Below, one piece after another: positions 36,937 through 48,781 of a stretch of 64,000 bases of DNA. The notes beneath the pieces are model-generated. The model had not been told where the DNA came from. It worked only from the letters and a program-made list of their open reading frames with translations, and ran no database searches. The position numbers were made by a program, and so were the translations under genes. The DNA lies in NCBI GenBank assembly GCA_030704615.1, contig CM060734.1:46314001-46378000 (forward strand). Reading direction: 5' to 3'. Origin of the DNA: Takakia lepidozioides. Taxonomy: Eukaryota > Plantae > Bryophyta. Each line of letters starts with the position of its first letter. Position 1 is the stretch's first letter.

Positions 36937-37924
36937 CCCAGGTCTCTTTCTGCTCCTTCCAATATAACCTAAGGATCTGCAGCCAACTGCTGGAGGAGCT
37001 TTCATTTCACCTTTTGACTTGAATCTTCAGGAGTTGCCAATTTTCTATGGTGCCCGTGGCTATCTCATCTTTAATTGCTTGGCAAGCTCAATGTCAATAC
37101 ATTCTAATTGCCGAAAGCGAAGTCAAATCCTACTCTCGTTCAGAGTAACAGGTGTAGCACAACACTTTCGTGGGTCACTTACTAACCATAGCTAGCTTGA
37201 AGAGGATAATTCGTCCAAGCTGTCAGATCAGATCGAAATTCTGTGTCCAAATTTCAATGGACTACCTGAGAAGAAGGTGAATCTGAAGTAATCACCTCAC
37301 TCTAAAACAACTTCTGCGAGTGAATTATTTCCGAGGCCGGATATTCGAACAGTCAGACATGATTGAAGAAGCAGCCAGCTTTTCTGAACTTCAAATCTTC
37401 TGATTGAACCCTCAGAAAGGGGGAGAGACAGCAACACTCTACCATCATTAGTGGAAAAAACTTGGGGGGGGAGGATTAACCTGAGCACATGTAATTTGCT
37501 GGAAGCACCGATACTCCTGGCTGAAATCAGGTTCACCGATGGTGTGATGAAGAATGCGATTAGTACCGTAATCGTTTGAGTTTGGACCACCTACGATGCA
37601 AATCACTGGCAAGTTCTCACTGTAAGCTCCAGCTATAGCGTTGATAACACTGAGACCCCCAACAGTGAAGGTGACCGCACAAGCGCCAACCCCACGTACG
37701 CGCGCATAGCCGTCCGCTGCGTACCCGGCATTGAGCTCGTTGCAACATCCTATCAATTCCAACCCCGGCTCAGCCAGGAGATGGTCAAGGAGAACCAGAT
37801 TGAAATCCCCAGGAACTGTGAAAACATCATTAACGCCGATTTCAACCAGCCTTCTTGCTAAGTGGCGTCCCAGTGTCCAATCACATTGTGGCCGTGTCTT
37901 GCTACTTTCCTGCGTTGGTCCCAT
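32847..37924 (-). CDS. PDC: Pyruvate decarboxylase, ~8 exons
   Basis: [15 protein letters not shown]...VPGDFNL...[16 protein letters not shown]; [16 protein letters not shown]; TPP motif GDGSFQ...[19 protein letters not shown]; C-terminus [21 protein letters not shown]. The true start may be upstream. Confidence 0.96.
36903..36933. repeat. (CT)n microsatellite in PDC intron 1
   Basis: Direct reading. Confidence 0.9.
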
Positions 37925-38540
37925 AGCAGCTCCTGAAATGTGGCCTGAAACGTGGCCCGGTTCAGTGTTTGTTTAAGAAGATGGATAACCACACAGTTTC
38001 AACCGAGTAGGACAAAACCAGAACCCTGCCTGCTCATGACATCTGTGTACACATGCAGGCTGCAAAGAAAGGCACCCTGCTACTCAGTTAGAACTCGCAA
38101 GCAAGAGCGATGGCAGGAAATCCGCCCCCCATAAATTCCCCTTCTCCCTCCCCAAGTCTGGATTACTGAGGTTCCACAACTTCAATGTAATTCAAATTCC
38201 GAGCTTAATATACCTGACGATCTCTACAGGCCCAACCCAGTCCAACCTCAGTGGTTTTCGGAGTTCATTGCGAATTGCTGATGAATCTCAGACACTGTAA
38301 GCATCCACCCTACTGCGCCTTGTCAAATTTCTCTGCGATCCGAGCACTCAGCGAATTGCGGGTGGGGAAGGGCAATCGATGCGAGTGTTGGGAAGAGCTT
38401 CAAGAGCAGTGGTGGTGCAGTCCAAGAGTCTTAAACTAGGGCAGGGCAGGTGGACCCGTGGAGTGCTGCCACCTCACGGTCTCACCAACCTTGGGAGACC
38501 AAACTTGGCATCACCATTCCCTTCCTGACTCACGGGCCAC

Positions 38541-39138
38541 TTCACACTTCTTTACAACATTTTTATATTTTTTGAATTTGTTTTTTAAATACAGTTTCTC
38601 ACAAGAGATGACATCTCATCCATCAATATTCAGTTCTTTTCCTTTTATCAGTTCTTTCCTTATTTTTCAAAAAATTAAAGAAGAAAACAAATTCACACTT
38701 CTTTACAACATTTTTATATTTTTTTGAATTTTTATTCTTTTTTAAGTACAGTTTCTCACAAGAGATGACATCTCATCAGTGTTTTTGTTTTCAAATTTTG
38801 AAAAGAACAGGACTGACTACTGAGTTTTGCAGGAAATAGCCATATTTTCTGCTCATCCACTGAAATTTGGACAGAATCATCCTCCTCTGTACTTTCATCC
38901 ATGTATATCATCCATATTAGGCGAATTCATCCTATTTTATTTTATTTTTTGAGAATTTTGGCGATTTCATCCATGAGAAAAACAGGGAATTTACGACAGA
39001 ATATTCTATTTTGATTTTTGAGGTCGAAAAAGTGCGAAATTTCGCCAGAAATAAAAACACTGCATCTCATCCATCAATATTCAGTTCTTTTTCGTTTTTC
39101 AGTTCTTTCCTTATTTTTCAAAAACTTAAAGAAGAAAA
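38541..39138. repeat. ~151-bp AT-rich tandem duplication; second unit interrupted by a MITE
   Basis: TTCACACTTCTTTACAACATTTTT at 38541 and 38692. Unit 2 resumes at 39063 with CATCTCATCCATCAATATTCAGTTC. Confidence 0.88.
38777..39062. mobile_element. hAT-type MITE (286 bp)
   Basis: TIR CAGTGTTTTT...AAAAACACTG; perfect 8-bp TSD CATCTCAT (38769-38776, 39063-39070). The empty site is preserved in the first tandem unit. Confidence 0.92.
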
Positions 39139-39287
39139 AATAATAATAATAATTCCCAACCCTTCACTGACTCGAGTTTGTGTGCCTTCAATGTGCCACC
39201 TTGGGGGTTTTAATTTTTTTCCGCCTAATAATTACAACTAAAGTGCCATCCAGGCCCTGTCCGCTGTTTTTTTTTTTTTCCTTACCA

Positions 39288-39390
39288 CAAAGGGGGCGGA
39301 GTCCTTTTTCTCAAATTAATTTAAAAATAAAGGTCACATGAGGTGGAAAAATTTACCACCTCAGGGAGGCCGTGAGGGCTAACCGAGGTA
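39288..39390 (+). repeat. Dispersed small repeat; second copy at ~41207-41300 is cut by element 2
   Basis: AAAGGGGG...TCAAATTAA...GTGGAAAAA..ACCAC...GGCCGTGAGG in both places. Confidence 0.7.
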
Positions 39391-39774
39391 ACAACCCCGT
39401 AACTGTTTTTTAGTCCTCAAAAAACAATTTGCCCTCAAATAATTCCAAATAAAGTTAAACTAAGTTCAAGGTCGACCCTTTTCTTTAAAAGAAAAAGAAA
39501 AGAAAAAAGAAAAAGAAAAAAAAGGGTCGAGTGTGGAGGTCAGCCACTATGCATGTTCTTGGCAATACATAGTCGTCAAGAAGAGCTCTTTGGGTGACGT
39601 GGCCGAATGCCATTGCTTACGAGGATGAGCGATATATTTGATAGTGAGGGGGCGCCACCCTTTTTTTGGATGTGATGTGATCCATATGTGGATGTAAAGT
39701 AGCTAAATCTGGATGTGAAGTGCTCATGAGAGACTATGGTCTAGATAGCGTTCAAGGGGAGGAATCGTCCATGG

Positions 39775-40531
39775 CGGCGGTGGACCGGTATCAGCAACAT
39801 TTCATACCAGCCAGAGTATGGTATTGTCAGTAAAGAGGCCTCCTTCATACCTGGCAGGTAATGGTATCAAGGTAGGTATTAAGCTTTTAATGTACCAATC
39901 TGGTATGTATATTGTTTTTGTTTGGCCTGGTATGGTATGGTATCAGTATTTCAAATTTCAAATCTTATATCAATACTGGTATCAATACAATTATTTTTAT
40001 TTTTATTTATTTTTAAACTGGAAAAACAAATTATGTCTAAATTATACCGCTGAGGTGATCACTCCAGCGGCTGAAGTGCTCGCCTCAGCGGCTGAGTGCC
40101 GCAATTCATAATAACATGGAGCCGGATCTCACCTTAGGTAATTTGAGGTCACCTTACAAAAGCCATATTACAGGCTGATAAATGAGACAATGTTCCTCAA
40201 TATTGACAGCCCCCAAAATATCCATTCAGATCGCCTCAATGAAAGAGCCGCACTCTCCATTGCTGCACCCTAAATCCTTAACGCTCCAGATATTGATACC
40301 TAGGGTGCAAGCGACTGCGGAAGACAGGTTACTGGTATCGACAAAGCTGCGTTCCTTGTGATACCAGGCTGGTCCGGTAGCAGCCCAGGTATATGTGTTT
40401 TATTATATTGCCCCCAATATGTTCTGCCCGGAGTATTGCCAATTTCTTATACCCGCCCGGTCTGGTATCTTGCTGCAATACCCTTACCCTGCTAATACCC
40501 CACCTCGCCCCCATATACCAGTCCAACACTG
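39775..40531. mobile_element. Possible degenerate non-autonomous hAT-like element
   Basis: GGTAT motifs clustered on the left and ATACC on the right; ends match 13/17 as inverted repeats. No TSD found. Confidence 0.3.
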
Positions 40532-41300
40532 GTTCCAACCTACACCCCCATCTGCTAGGACCCCCGAACGTAAAGGATTTTGCCTGCCTAATATGGCGTA
40601 TTTCCAGGAGGATTAAAAAGCAGAAATCTACGCCTCATGCCCCTAGCACATTATGTCAGTTGCACTAGCACATTATGAAACATAATTTGTTTGATGAGGA
40701 CTTGCAGGCCAATAAGAGGGTGGCAAACTCAATCCTTTACATACTGGAATGGGCCGCAACATGCCATTATGGCGGTTTCGGCGGCAGCTCGCCCTCCGGC
40801 TCGCCACCACCTTACCCGCCACAATGTCATGTGGCGGCCCATTCCATAGTACTTGATGAGACACCATAATGTACGCTTCCTTCAGGAGGCGTCAAATATT
40901 ATTATTATTATTACAAACTTGATGCAAGCGCATATATATATATGACGCCAGCCAAACTACCGGAAATAAGAGCCTCTTCCCGTTGTGATGCAACAGCACA
41001 ATCTGCGAGAGCACAATCTACTGCACACCTGCTTCCAGCCAGTCAAATCTTCCCCACCCCCTCTCTAATAACATAAATTGGGATGTGGTGGCACTTGAAT
41101 CAATAAGTGTCATGACCAATGTGCCACGTAGGTGAAGCCAAGTGTCCAAGAGAGTCATGTCCATATAGTGTAGCCCGCACTTCTTTTTTTTTCTTTTTTT
41201 TAAAAATAAAGGGGGATAGAGGCCCTTTTAATCAAATTAAATAAAAGTAGAGTCATATCAGTGGAAAAAATAACCACTGCAAAGGCCGTGAGGACTTACT

Positions 41301-41520
41301 GGGGGGGAACTTCCTCGTGACGGTAGCCAGGGATGCCTTAGCGTGAGCCTGGTCACGTGAGCGCGTGAGCGCAACTGCGCTCACGCCACGTCACCTTGCG
41401 CAAATGCCACGTCACGGGGCTCACTCCACGTCATCACACGTGAAGGCCGCGTCACCACGCGCCCAGAAAGAAGTGGAGTGTATTCCCGCGGATTGGCACC
41501 CTTTACCACGGAAACAAGCT
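41301..41520 (+). repeat. Putative TIR/subterminal region of element 2
   Basis: GGGGGGGAACTTCCTCGTGA..., multiple CGTGAGC/GCTCAC/CACGTCA units; begins where homology with the 39.3-kb repeat stops. Confidence 0.65.
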
Positions 41521-41771
41521 GGACGACATAATAAAAGGCATTGAATAAAGGATGGATGAATGTACAGTTGGATGATAAACAGATGGATGAGTGTGAAAAA
41601 TGAATGTAGATGGATGAATGAGGGATGGATAAGAGTAAAATGGATGAATGTATAATGGATGTTAAGCAATGACAAAAATTCATGACAGGAAGATGCATGA
41701 CCAAAACTTTTGACGAATGCACAACGTATATGAAATGAGTGTGGAAGGTTTGTACCTGCTATCTTTGGCAG

Positions 41772-42669
41772 ACGAGGATGTTCGATGCGATCTGCCTGCG
41801 GAGGATTCGCACCTCAAAGACACCATCCTCCATCCGCAGCTTTGAGATTTCTGACCAGGGTTGTTTCGTCAACCCCCCCCTATGAGCCCCATGTCGATGA
41901 CATTTTGTACAACTTTTACAGGGAGTGCCATCTGGTCTCTTCAGAGTCTGACTGGACTGCAAAGGAAAAGTCCCCAGCGTTCATGCAAATACTGCTGGAG
42001 TCATGCAGCCACCGCTCTGCACGGGTGGTCGATCTTTCTGTGTCCATAGGTTCGTTCTTTCCCTTTCGAATTGGTTTTCTTTCAACAGTTTCATCTGCTT
42101 AAATCCCCCCCACCAAACTGTTCATGTCCTCCTGTGTGGTGCAGGAGCAACTTACCATGCATGCAAGGCAGGCGGAAGAAGCCTTTTTGGCATGGAGGGT
42201 GATTCTGACCTCTACAACACAGTGCTCCTCCCCCTTTTGTCTGGCTCCACTTCAGGCACACAGACTGATCGGATTCAAATTCGAAATGATGACGATCCCG
42301 AAGATAAGCAGGTCGACAACGACTTTTCATGTGAGTAAAGTGCTAAACCCTCTTTGGGAGCCATACTCAATTTCTCAATAACATCAAAGTTACAGTAATA
42401 ACTTTTTCAGGCTGTCTTTCAGGAAAGGCAGCGGTGGATCTTCAGGAGATACAGTCATTTCTGGCGAGTCTGTTTTCGACAGCCCCCTTTCCAATTTTCT
42501 GCTTCCTGTTTATGCCGAAGCAATGGCACTTCACGCGGCCGAGTCCCTATCCCCTGACATTTTAGTGGCCAGCCGTAGGTGTATCCAGCGTGGATCCGGT
42601 GTTCTAAAATACATAGACTTAGATGCAGAGGAAGCGGGGATACATTGTACTAACTCTGAGTCAGACTGA
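41772..42669 (+). pseudogene. Last three exons of the element 2 ParB-MTase gene, inverted relative to the rest of the gene
   Basis: Exons ~41772-42049 (TRMFDAICL...DDILYNF...KEKSPAFMQILLESCSHRSARVVDLSVSIG), 42145-42330 (ATYHACKAGGRSLFGMEGD), 42411-42669. Splice positions match element 1 exons at 12362, 12729 and 13031. Confidence 0.85.
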
Positions 42670-44355
42670 ACTGTATTCTTTTAATATTCATTTTCATACT
42701 ATCTGGAAAACGTTGAATCCCCTTCCTCCACCGTAGTTGTTCCTTTAGAACAAATAATAATCACAGAATCAACTTTCATTTAAATTGCAATATGTATGAA
42801 TCCATCTCACAAACCTCCCTGACTCTTCTCATATCCATTGTGCATTCATCTACAGTGTATTCATGCGTGCTCCATTCATGAATTTTTTCCTTTGTTCAAC
42901 ATCCATTGTACATTCATCCTCTATACTTTTTAATCAACACAATCTATAGTGGAAGTGTGTACATCGGCTATTCAGAACTCAAACACAAAAAAATCATTTT
43001 TATCATGAATCGGTGATGATCGTTGTCGATCATAACAGATTCTACTAGAGTGGAGCTGCAGAGAACATTGAAACTCATCATGAAAGCACAAGCAGAAGGG
43101 AGACGGCATACCAGCTGACCAGGGAAACCCCCTTTTACAAGGTAGAGGCTGTTCACACAATTCCATGTGCGCAAAATTTCAAACCCTGAAGACTTGAGGT
43201 ATGATGCCAATGCCCGACGACTATCATTGTCACATGACTGAAAAAGCAGAAGTGTCCCTGCATCAGAGAGGAAGTTATTACAGAACCCGAACACCCAACT
43301 CCAGTAGTTGTCCTCGAATTTGTTCCAGCCTGGCGTCTTGCCCTTTGGAAGAACTTCTGGCACAGCCTGGCCATCCGGAATATCGAGAATGACAATGTCG
43401 GCCGCATAAGTTTTCTGCACACCGCACACGAAGGTGGGACCTGTGCTCACCTGCAACAGACATGTTTTTTATAAGAACGAAAGCAAGAATGTTTTCAAAG
43501 AACGAGACTGAAATACTGCCAACGAAACTTTCAGAGAAAAAGAAAAGAAACTGGAATTCTCACCAGATTGAGGAATGAGATTATATTGTCCCAGGTAGGC
43601 AATGGCACCCCAGTGTATCCTCTCTTTCGACTCTGCATCATCGACAGCCAACCCTCATTAACAATTTTCATCTCTCCTACCGAATCAGAACGGGAAGGGT
43701 GTGGCTTGGCATCGAACACGCACTGAACAGTGCGGGTATATCTTCCAGCAGTAAAGTCCTGCCCACTCTCCATCTCCTTTTCTTTCTCCTTCCCCTTGTC
43801 CTTTTCCTTCTCTTTGGACTTGTCTTTGTCCTTTGGCTTTGCTGGTGAGATGGCTATGACATCAACAGCCTTGTCTTTTGGTTTGCGGCCCGCCTTCTTT
43901 CCCTTCTGCGGCGTTCCCTGAGCATCAGGCTCCTTGGCAGCCAATGTTGCTATGTTTCGTTGGTACTCTTCGTCAGTCAAAGGCGCCAGCATCTCAGCGT
44001 TATTGTTCAAGTATTTCATATGCTGTTCTTGAAAGGTCGTGTGCTCCGGTGGGCAGTCAAGGTACCACCCACAGTCTCTGAAGTGAGAAGGACTCCAGTC
44101 CTTCAATATCCTTGCAGTATACATGGTTGGATCGTTTGCAGGGTCCGACCACATGTCAAGATAGTCTGGAATTCCGCTCAGGTGATTTCCTTCCATAAGC
44201 ACATATTTTGTGTACCTGAAAAAATGAGATAAATCCCAACCCACAAAAGCGCTCAGTGAGTAAGATGCAAGTAGAACAGAATGAAAAAAACATAGATTGA
44301 AATGGCTCTGAGAACTGCTCCAAAGACCTTTCAGGACCACACGAATGCTCCAGAT

Positions 44356-45080
44356 GTGATTGTCGTCAACGCCATTCAAAACATTCCATTCAATGATACT
44401 GTAAATACACCCTAATCTAGGTGAATGCAAACTATCGTTTTGGAATGACACAGACATAGAAGTGAATGTCGTCAACGACATTCACTAATCAAGCCTAATT
44501 ATTCCTCAAATGAAGCAAAATCACAGGATGGAAATCATAAACTCGAGTAAGGAACCCTCCAGGAAAACTCAATGCACATTCATAACGAACATATCACTGA
44601 GGACCTCACAACAACACTGTATGTGAATGGCATCAACGCCATTCACAAAAATACCAACAAGGAACCAATTACTTAGCTCCCAATCCATGTAAATTCAAAT
44701 TGTCACTGTTGAATAATACAGACACAGAAGTGAATGTCGTCAACGACATTCACTTTGGATTTCTCATAACAGAGCTTATCAATCCTCCAGATTCCTCGCA
44801 AGAGGCAAAAACAATGCAGAACAACTGAATGTCTGCATTGACATTCAGCAATATGAAGTGAGGAACCCTCACTGTAACCTCTATGGACATTACAAAAATT
44901 TACATAACTCTGAGGACCTCTCAACAACTCCGGATGTGAATGTCGTCAACGTCATTCAATGACATTATCAATTCTAATCAGGGACACTATAATTACACCC
45001 TTAGATCCTAACCAGGTGAATTCATATACTCGCTTAAGAATGACTCAGACAAAGAAGTGAATGTCGTCAACGACATTCAA
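44356..45080. repeat. Intronic cluster of element-2-specific palindrome GTGAATGTCGTYRACGACATTCAC (~7 copies)
   Basis: Core starts at 44365, 44471, 44632, 44739, 44834 (degenerate), 44945, 45066. Confidence 0.88.
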
Positions 45081-46942
45081 TCTGGATCTATGATTGCAAT
45101 CCTTATGAAGCCACATTTTTTCCCAAAAAAAAGCAGTAGAGTTTCAAGTATGACATTGCACCTGTACACAACTCGCATCATGGCCCACTCTCCTCCAACC
45201 TGACTGTCAAAGTCGTTGGACCGTAAAATGTTACCATCTTTGGAGAACTCCCGGAAAAAACAGTATCTCCAGGTGAGACCTCTCCACTTCCTTATGTATG
45301 CCTCCAATGACATTTGGGGAGGGGAAACAATCGAAATGTTCAGGTCCTTCAAAGTCTGATCCAGCACAATGACGGCGCGCTTTTCGAGCTGCAAATAGTA
45401 TATTTGTCAGAATTGCAAATAAGATACTCATCACACACTTGAAGAGAAGAAAACGGCATGTTTGAATACACACCTGACTCCAAAATGTAGCCTTGTGGAG
45501 CCAGTTATCAAACACCAAATCACTGATTCCTTCCACCTTTGTGCCAGGCTGTATGGTGCTCTTTGGGAACTGATTCAAGTCCTTTACTGTTTGATCTGAG
45601 TTCCATATCTCCAGCCACCTTATTTTTGTTTGTGGGTCGACCATCGATATGGCCAGCCGGTGCAATTTCTCCTGCTGCATCTCCGGATGCACATGCTTGT
45701 CATAGTGTGTTTTGATCTGCTGAAGGAACTCAGGTTCAAGTCCAGGATCTACTATTCTAAGCTGTTTTCTGAAGGCGGACATCAATTTGGTTCTTCGCAT
45801 TTCAAACTCCTCCTTTATTGCAGCTTCCACACCCTTTGATGTCCTTAGTTCCTCTGGTGTAGTGCGGTAATATTCGGATTTTCCCTTCTCAGCTGCCTCT
45901 GCCAGTTCTTGTTGCATTGATTCAATTAGTGATTAGCTCCGAAGGGACTACAAACATGTATTCGAAAAGTAAACAGAGTACAGACTCGGGCTTACCGCAT
46001 ACATGTACTCCAGAAACGCCTCTCGTGTCAAAGAATACCAAGTGTCTGCAGCTCTTCCTGTTTCGCACTTCTTGATGATATTGGGTGGTAGTACTGTCCG
46101 AAAATCATCCAGCTTCATCAGACCAATCCTCTGAATTCGGAATAGTGTGTGAACCAAGCTTGTTGTCACATGCGATTTATCTGTCGATATGCAAAAACAT
46201 TGGAAACATTGCATTCCTTAACACTGTTTTTTGAGGATTAATAAGACACTACAAAGGGAATGAATTCTCCTGGATGACTTACTTGTTCACGTCGTGCATA
46301 GCTGTAAGAAGCCTAGTGATGTCGTTTCCAGGATCCAAAACCATTGCCTCCACAGCAACATGCTTGTCTTTGTCTTTCGCATGGTGTTTCTGAATGTATC
46401 CCATCCATGCCAGCAATCGGTGGTTGCCGTCCCAGACGTAGAACATGTGGTTGCAGAATTGCTGGGTGTTCTTTCCCATCATGAGGCCCAGCTCGAACTC
46501 CTCATTGGCATCTTTCCAGCACTCATCCCAGTTATCACTGATCTCTGGAGACACTAATGTGCTTTTCCCATTTATATCCGTCAGTGACACATAAAAAACT
46601 TGTGCACCAAGTCTATATCCATGCACAAAATCACTCTCCAATTTTGTTATGTCATGGGAAAGAGGTGGGCATTGATATCATCCGGCACAAAGGGATGTCC
46701 AGACGCCCTCCAGATACGAGCATGTCCCTTATAACCTCCTGAGAGTTTACCTTCTGGAATGACATGAGTTCTTTCACCTTGTCAAGGTAGTGCACTTCAG
46801 ATTCATCTGCTTCATCTGTATTCTCTGAGCTTTTTCCGGACTCGTCCCCATCTCCAGATCCTTTCCCCTCTGATCCTGTAGGCTTCGACCTCACAGTTTT
46901 CTGCACGATGCCATTCAGTTCTGACTGAGTAATTTGCAAATA

Positions 46943-47570
46943 GTGAATGGCGGTAACGACCATCACTCTGTCTCAAAGAAACTCACTATGAATGGTGTGA
47001 AACAATTCAGCACAATCTACACAAGCAAAGCTGATACTGCCGTATTCAAAACAAAAGCGAGAGTGATAGCGAACGGCGTTAACGACAATCACAAAAGATA
47101 ACGACCTGCCGGATCGGTGTTGTGTAATGACATCTATGTGCAAGTGATTGGCGGCAACGACATTCAGTATAGTTTAGGGCGGACAGTAAGTGCAGATTAT
47201 TCAGATTGACTCCACTGTGATTACCGTCGCCAGCATGGGAAGAGGAAAGACTGCTTGAAAGGCAATCAGACAGACTGTATGGTCTGAACAACGATGATTG
47301 ACGGTATGCCGACCCTCATTCTCTCTTCAAACACATAGGTACATAAATCTCATGAGGAGAATCGAATGGCGTTAACGACGCTCGCAATTCAGTAGTTCCT
47401 GCTAAAGAAGGGAAGATGAAGGACTCCTTGAAAGGCAATCAGACAGACTGTATGATCTGAACAACAGTGAATGACTGTACCGATAGTCACCCACTCATTG
47501 TGCGGTAAACCCTTAGCAGAGGAGTAGAAAGCAAATCACCTTTGTGATGGTCGGTAGCGACAATCCCTGT
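46943..47570. repeat. Second intronic cluster of degenerate element 2 palindromes (~5 copies)
   Basis: GTGAATGGCGGTAACGACCATCAC (46943), AACGGCGTTAACGACAATCAC (~47072), GTGATTGGCGGCAACGACATTCA (~47144), GAATGGCGTTAACGACG (~47364), GTGATGGTCGGTAGCGACAATC (~47544). Confidence 0.75.
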
Positions 47571-48781
47571 CTGGGACATTCCACTCAATCTCTACGCATA
47601 TCTTCAACAATGAAATGTAAGTTAGATAAAACTTACTGGCGCCTTCTTAGGTTTTGAAATTGGATCCCCTTCTGCAGCTTTCCTCTTCCCTCTCACATCT
47701 GCTGGAATTTCTGTCTGCTCTAGGGTTTTTGGACCTTCTCCCGGTTCCGCGTTCCGCGTGCTTCCACCTCCTTCAGTGTCCCTGCGAATCATCTCTGCCT
47801 CCACAGGCTGGCGCACTCTTATCGCCGACTGTGTCACAGCCGCTGCCTCAGTCTCCGTCTGCTCTTCTGAATCAGTCTCCGCGTTCACCTGCTGCCTTGG
47901 CCCTGTGTTCTCCAACAAACGACGCCTCGTCATTTGCTCTCTTGCTCTCTCTCTAAGGGAAGTAAAATAAAGAGACTTTCTTCTCTTTCGTATTGTAGAA
48001 GGAACCCTCTCCAGCTTGACTACCACTCTCTCTCTAAGCGCGAAAAGTAGAAAAACGCAGTGACTCCCGATTTCTTGCGGGATTGCCTGCGTTCTTGCGT
48101 GTCTCTAGAAGCATCGGATTCCCTCTCGCGTGACCATTACACATAGTCGTTCCCTTATTAGTACACATGCCAGCAATTGGTGTACAGCTGTTCGTATTCA
48201 GTTATGGATGTCTGACGTGTGTCGCCCAAAATAAACGGCGTGTTCTTTATTAGAACGGTTTCAATATTTAAAAATAACAGCGAATCCCAGAAATCTTGGC
48301 GCACAGTCTTACACAAATAAATGTAAATGAACGAGAGTTTGATGACAAATTTGGAATATCATACACGGTCATCCTTGTTAGCCAAACCCCACATTCGTTT
48401 CACATTTGGAACTTTCCAGGTGTGCATGATCATTGGTAGTAGTATAAAGATACATTTACTTAATCTGCAATCCCATCCTCAGATCCTGTGGCATGCTTCC
48501 AGGAAGTCAGCTTTGTTATTGGGTTTATTGATGAGGTTCTGGTAACGGTTTAACAGCTGCCGACACTGCTCCTAGGGATACTCTGACCACTGGGCCCACA
48601 AGAAAAGTAATTAAAATGGACGGCTGCATATCTGGAAAGAATAACATAATATGCACAGTCGTTGTCTGAGCTTCCTCCGCCATATTCTCTGCTCATTCTT
48701 CAACTGTGTTCTGGAGACATCAGTAAACCGATTTACACTAGATCTGCGATAGCAAGGTACAAACGTACGTGAGGAAGGAAG

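Larger units (their letters stand above)
43112..48026 (-). pseudogene. Element 2 ParB/Srx-MTase gene, 5' and central exons
   Basis: LDIPLCRMIS; GYRLGAQVFYVS; FYVWDGNHRLLAWMGYI; MQQEKLHRLA; RWLEIWN; ADIVILDIPDG...WNKFEDNYW...FLSDAGTLLLF...TWNCVNSLYL. Colinear with the element 1 gene. Start uncertain; frameshift near 46650. Confidence 0.85.

Noticed and set aside
23828-37924. ABCB and PDC as transposon cargo or a functional cluster
   Set aside because: Both lie outside the element boundaries; nothing but adjacency links them.
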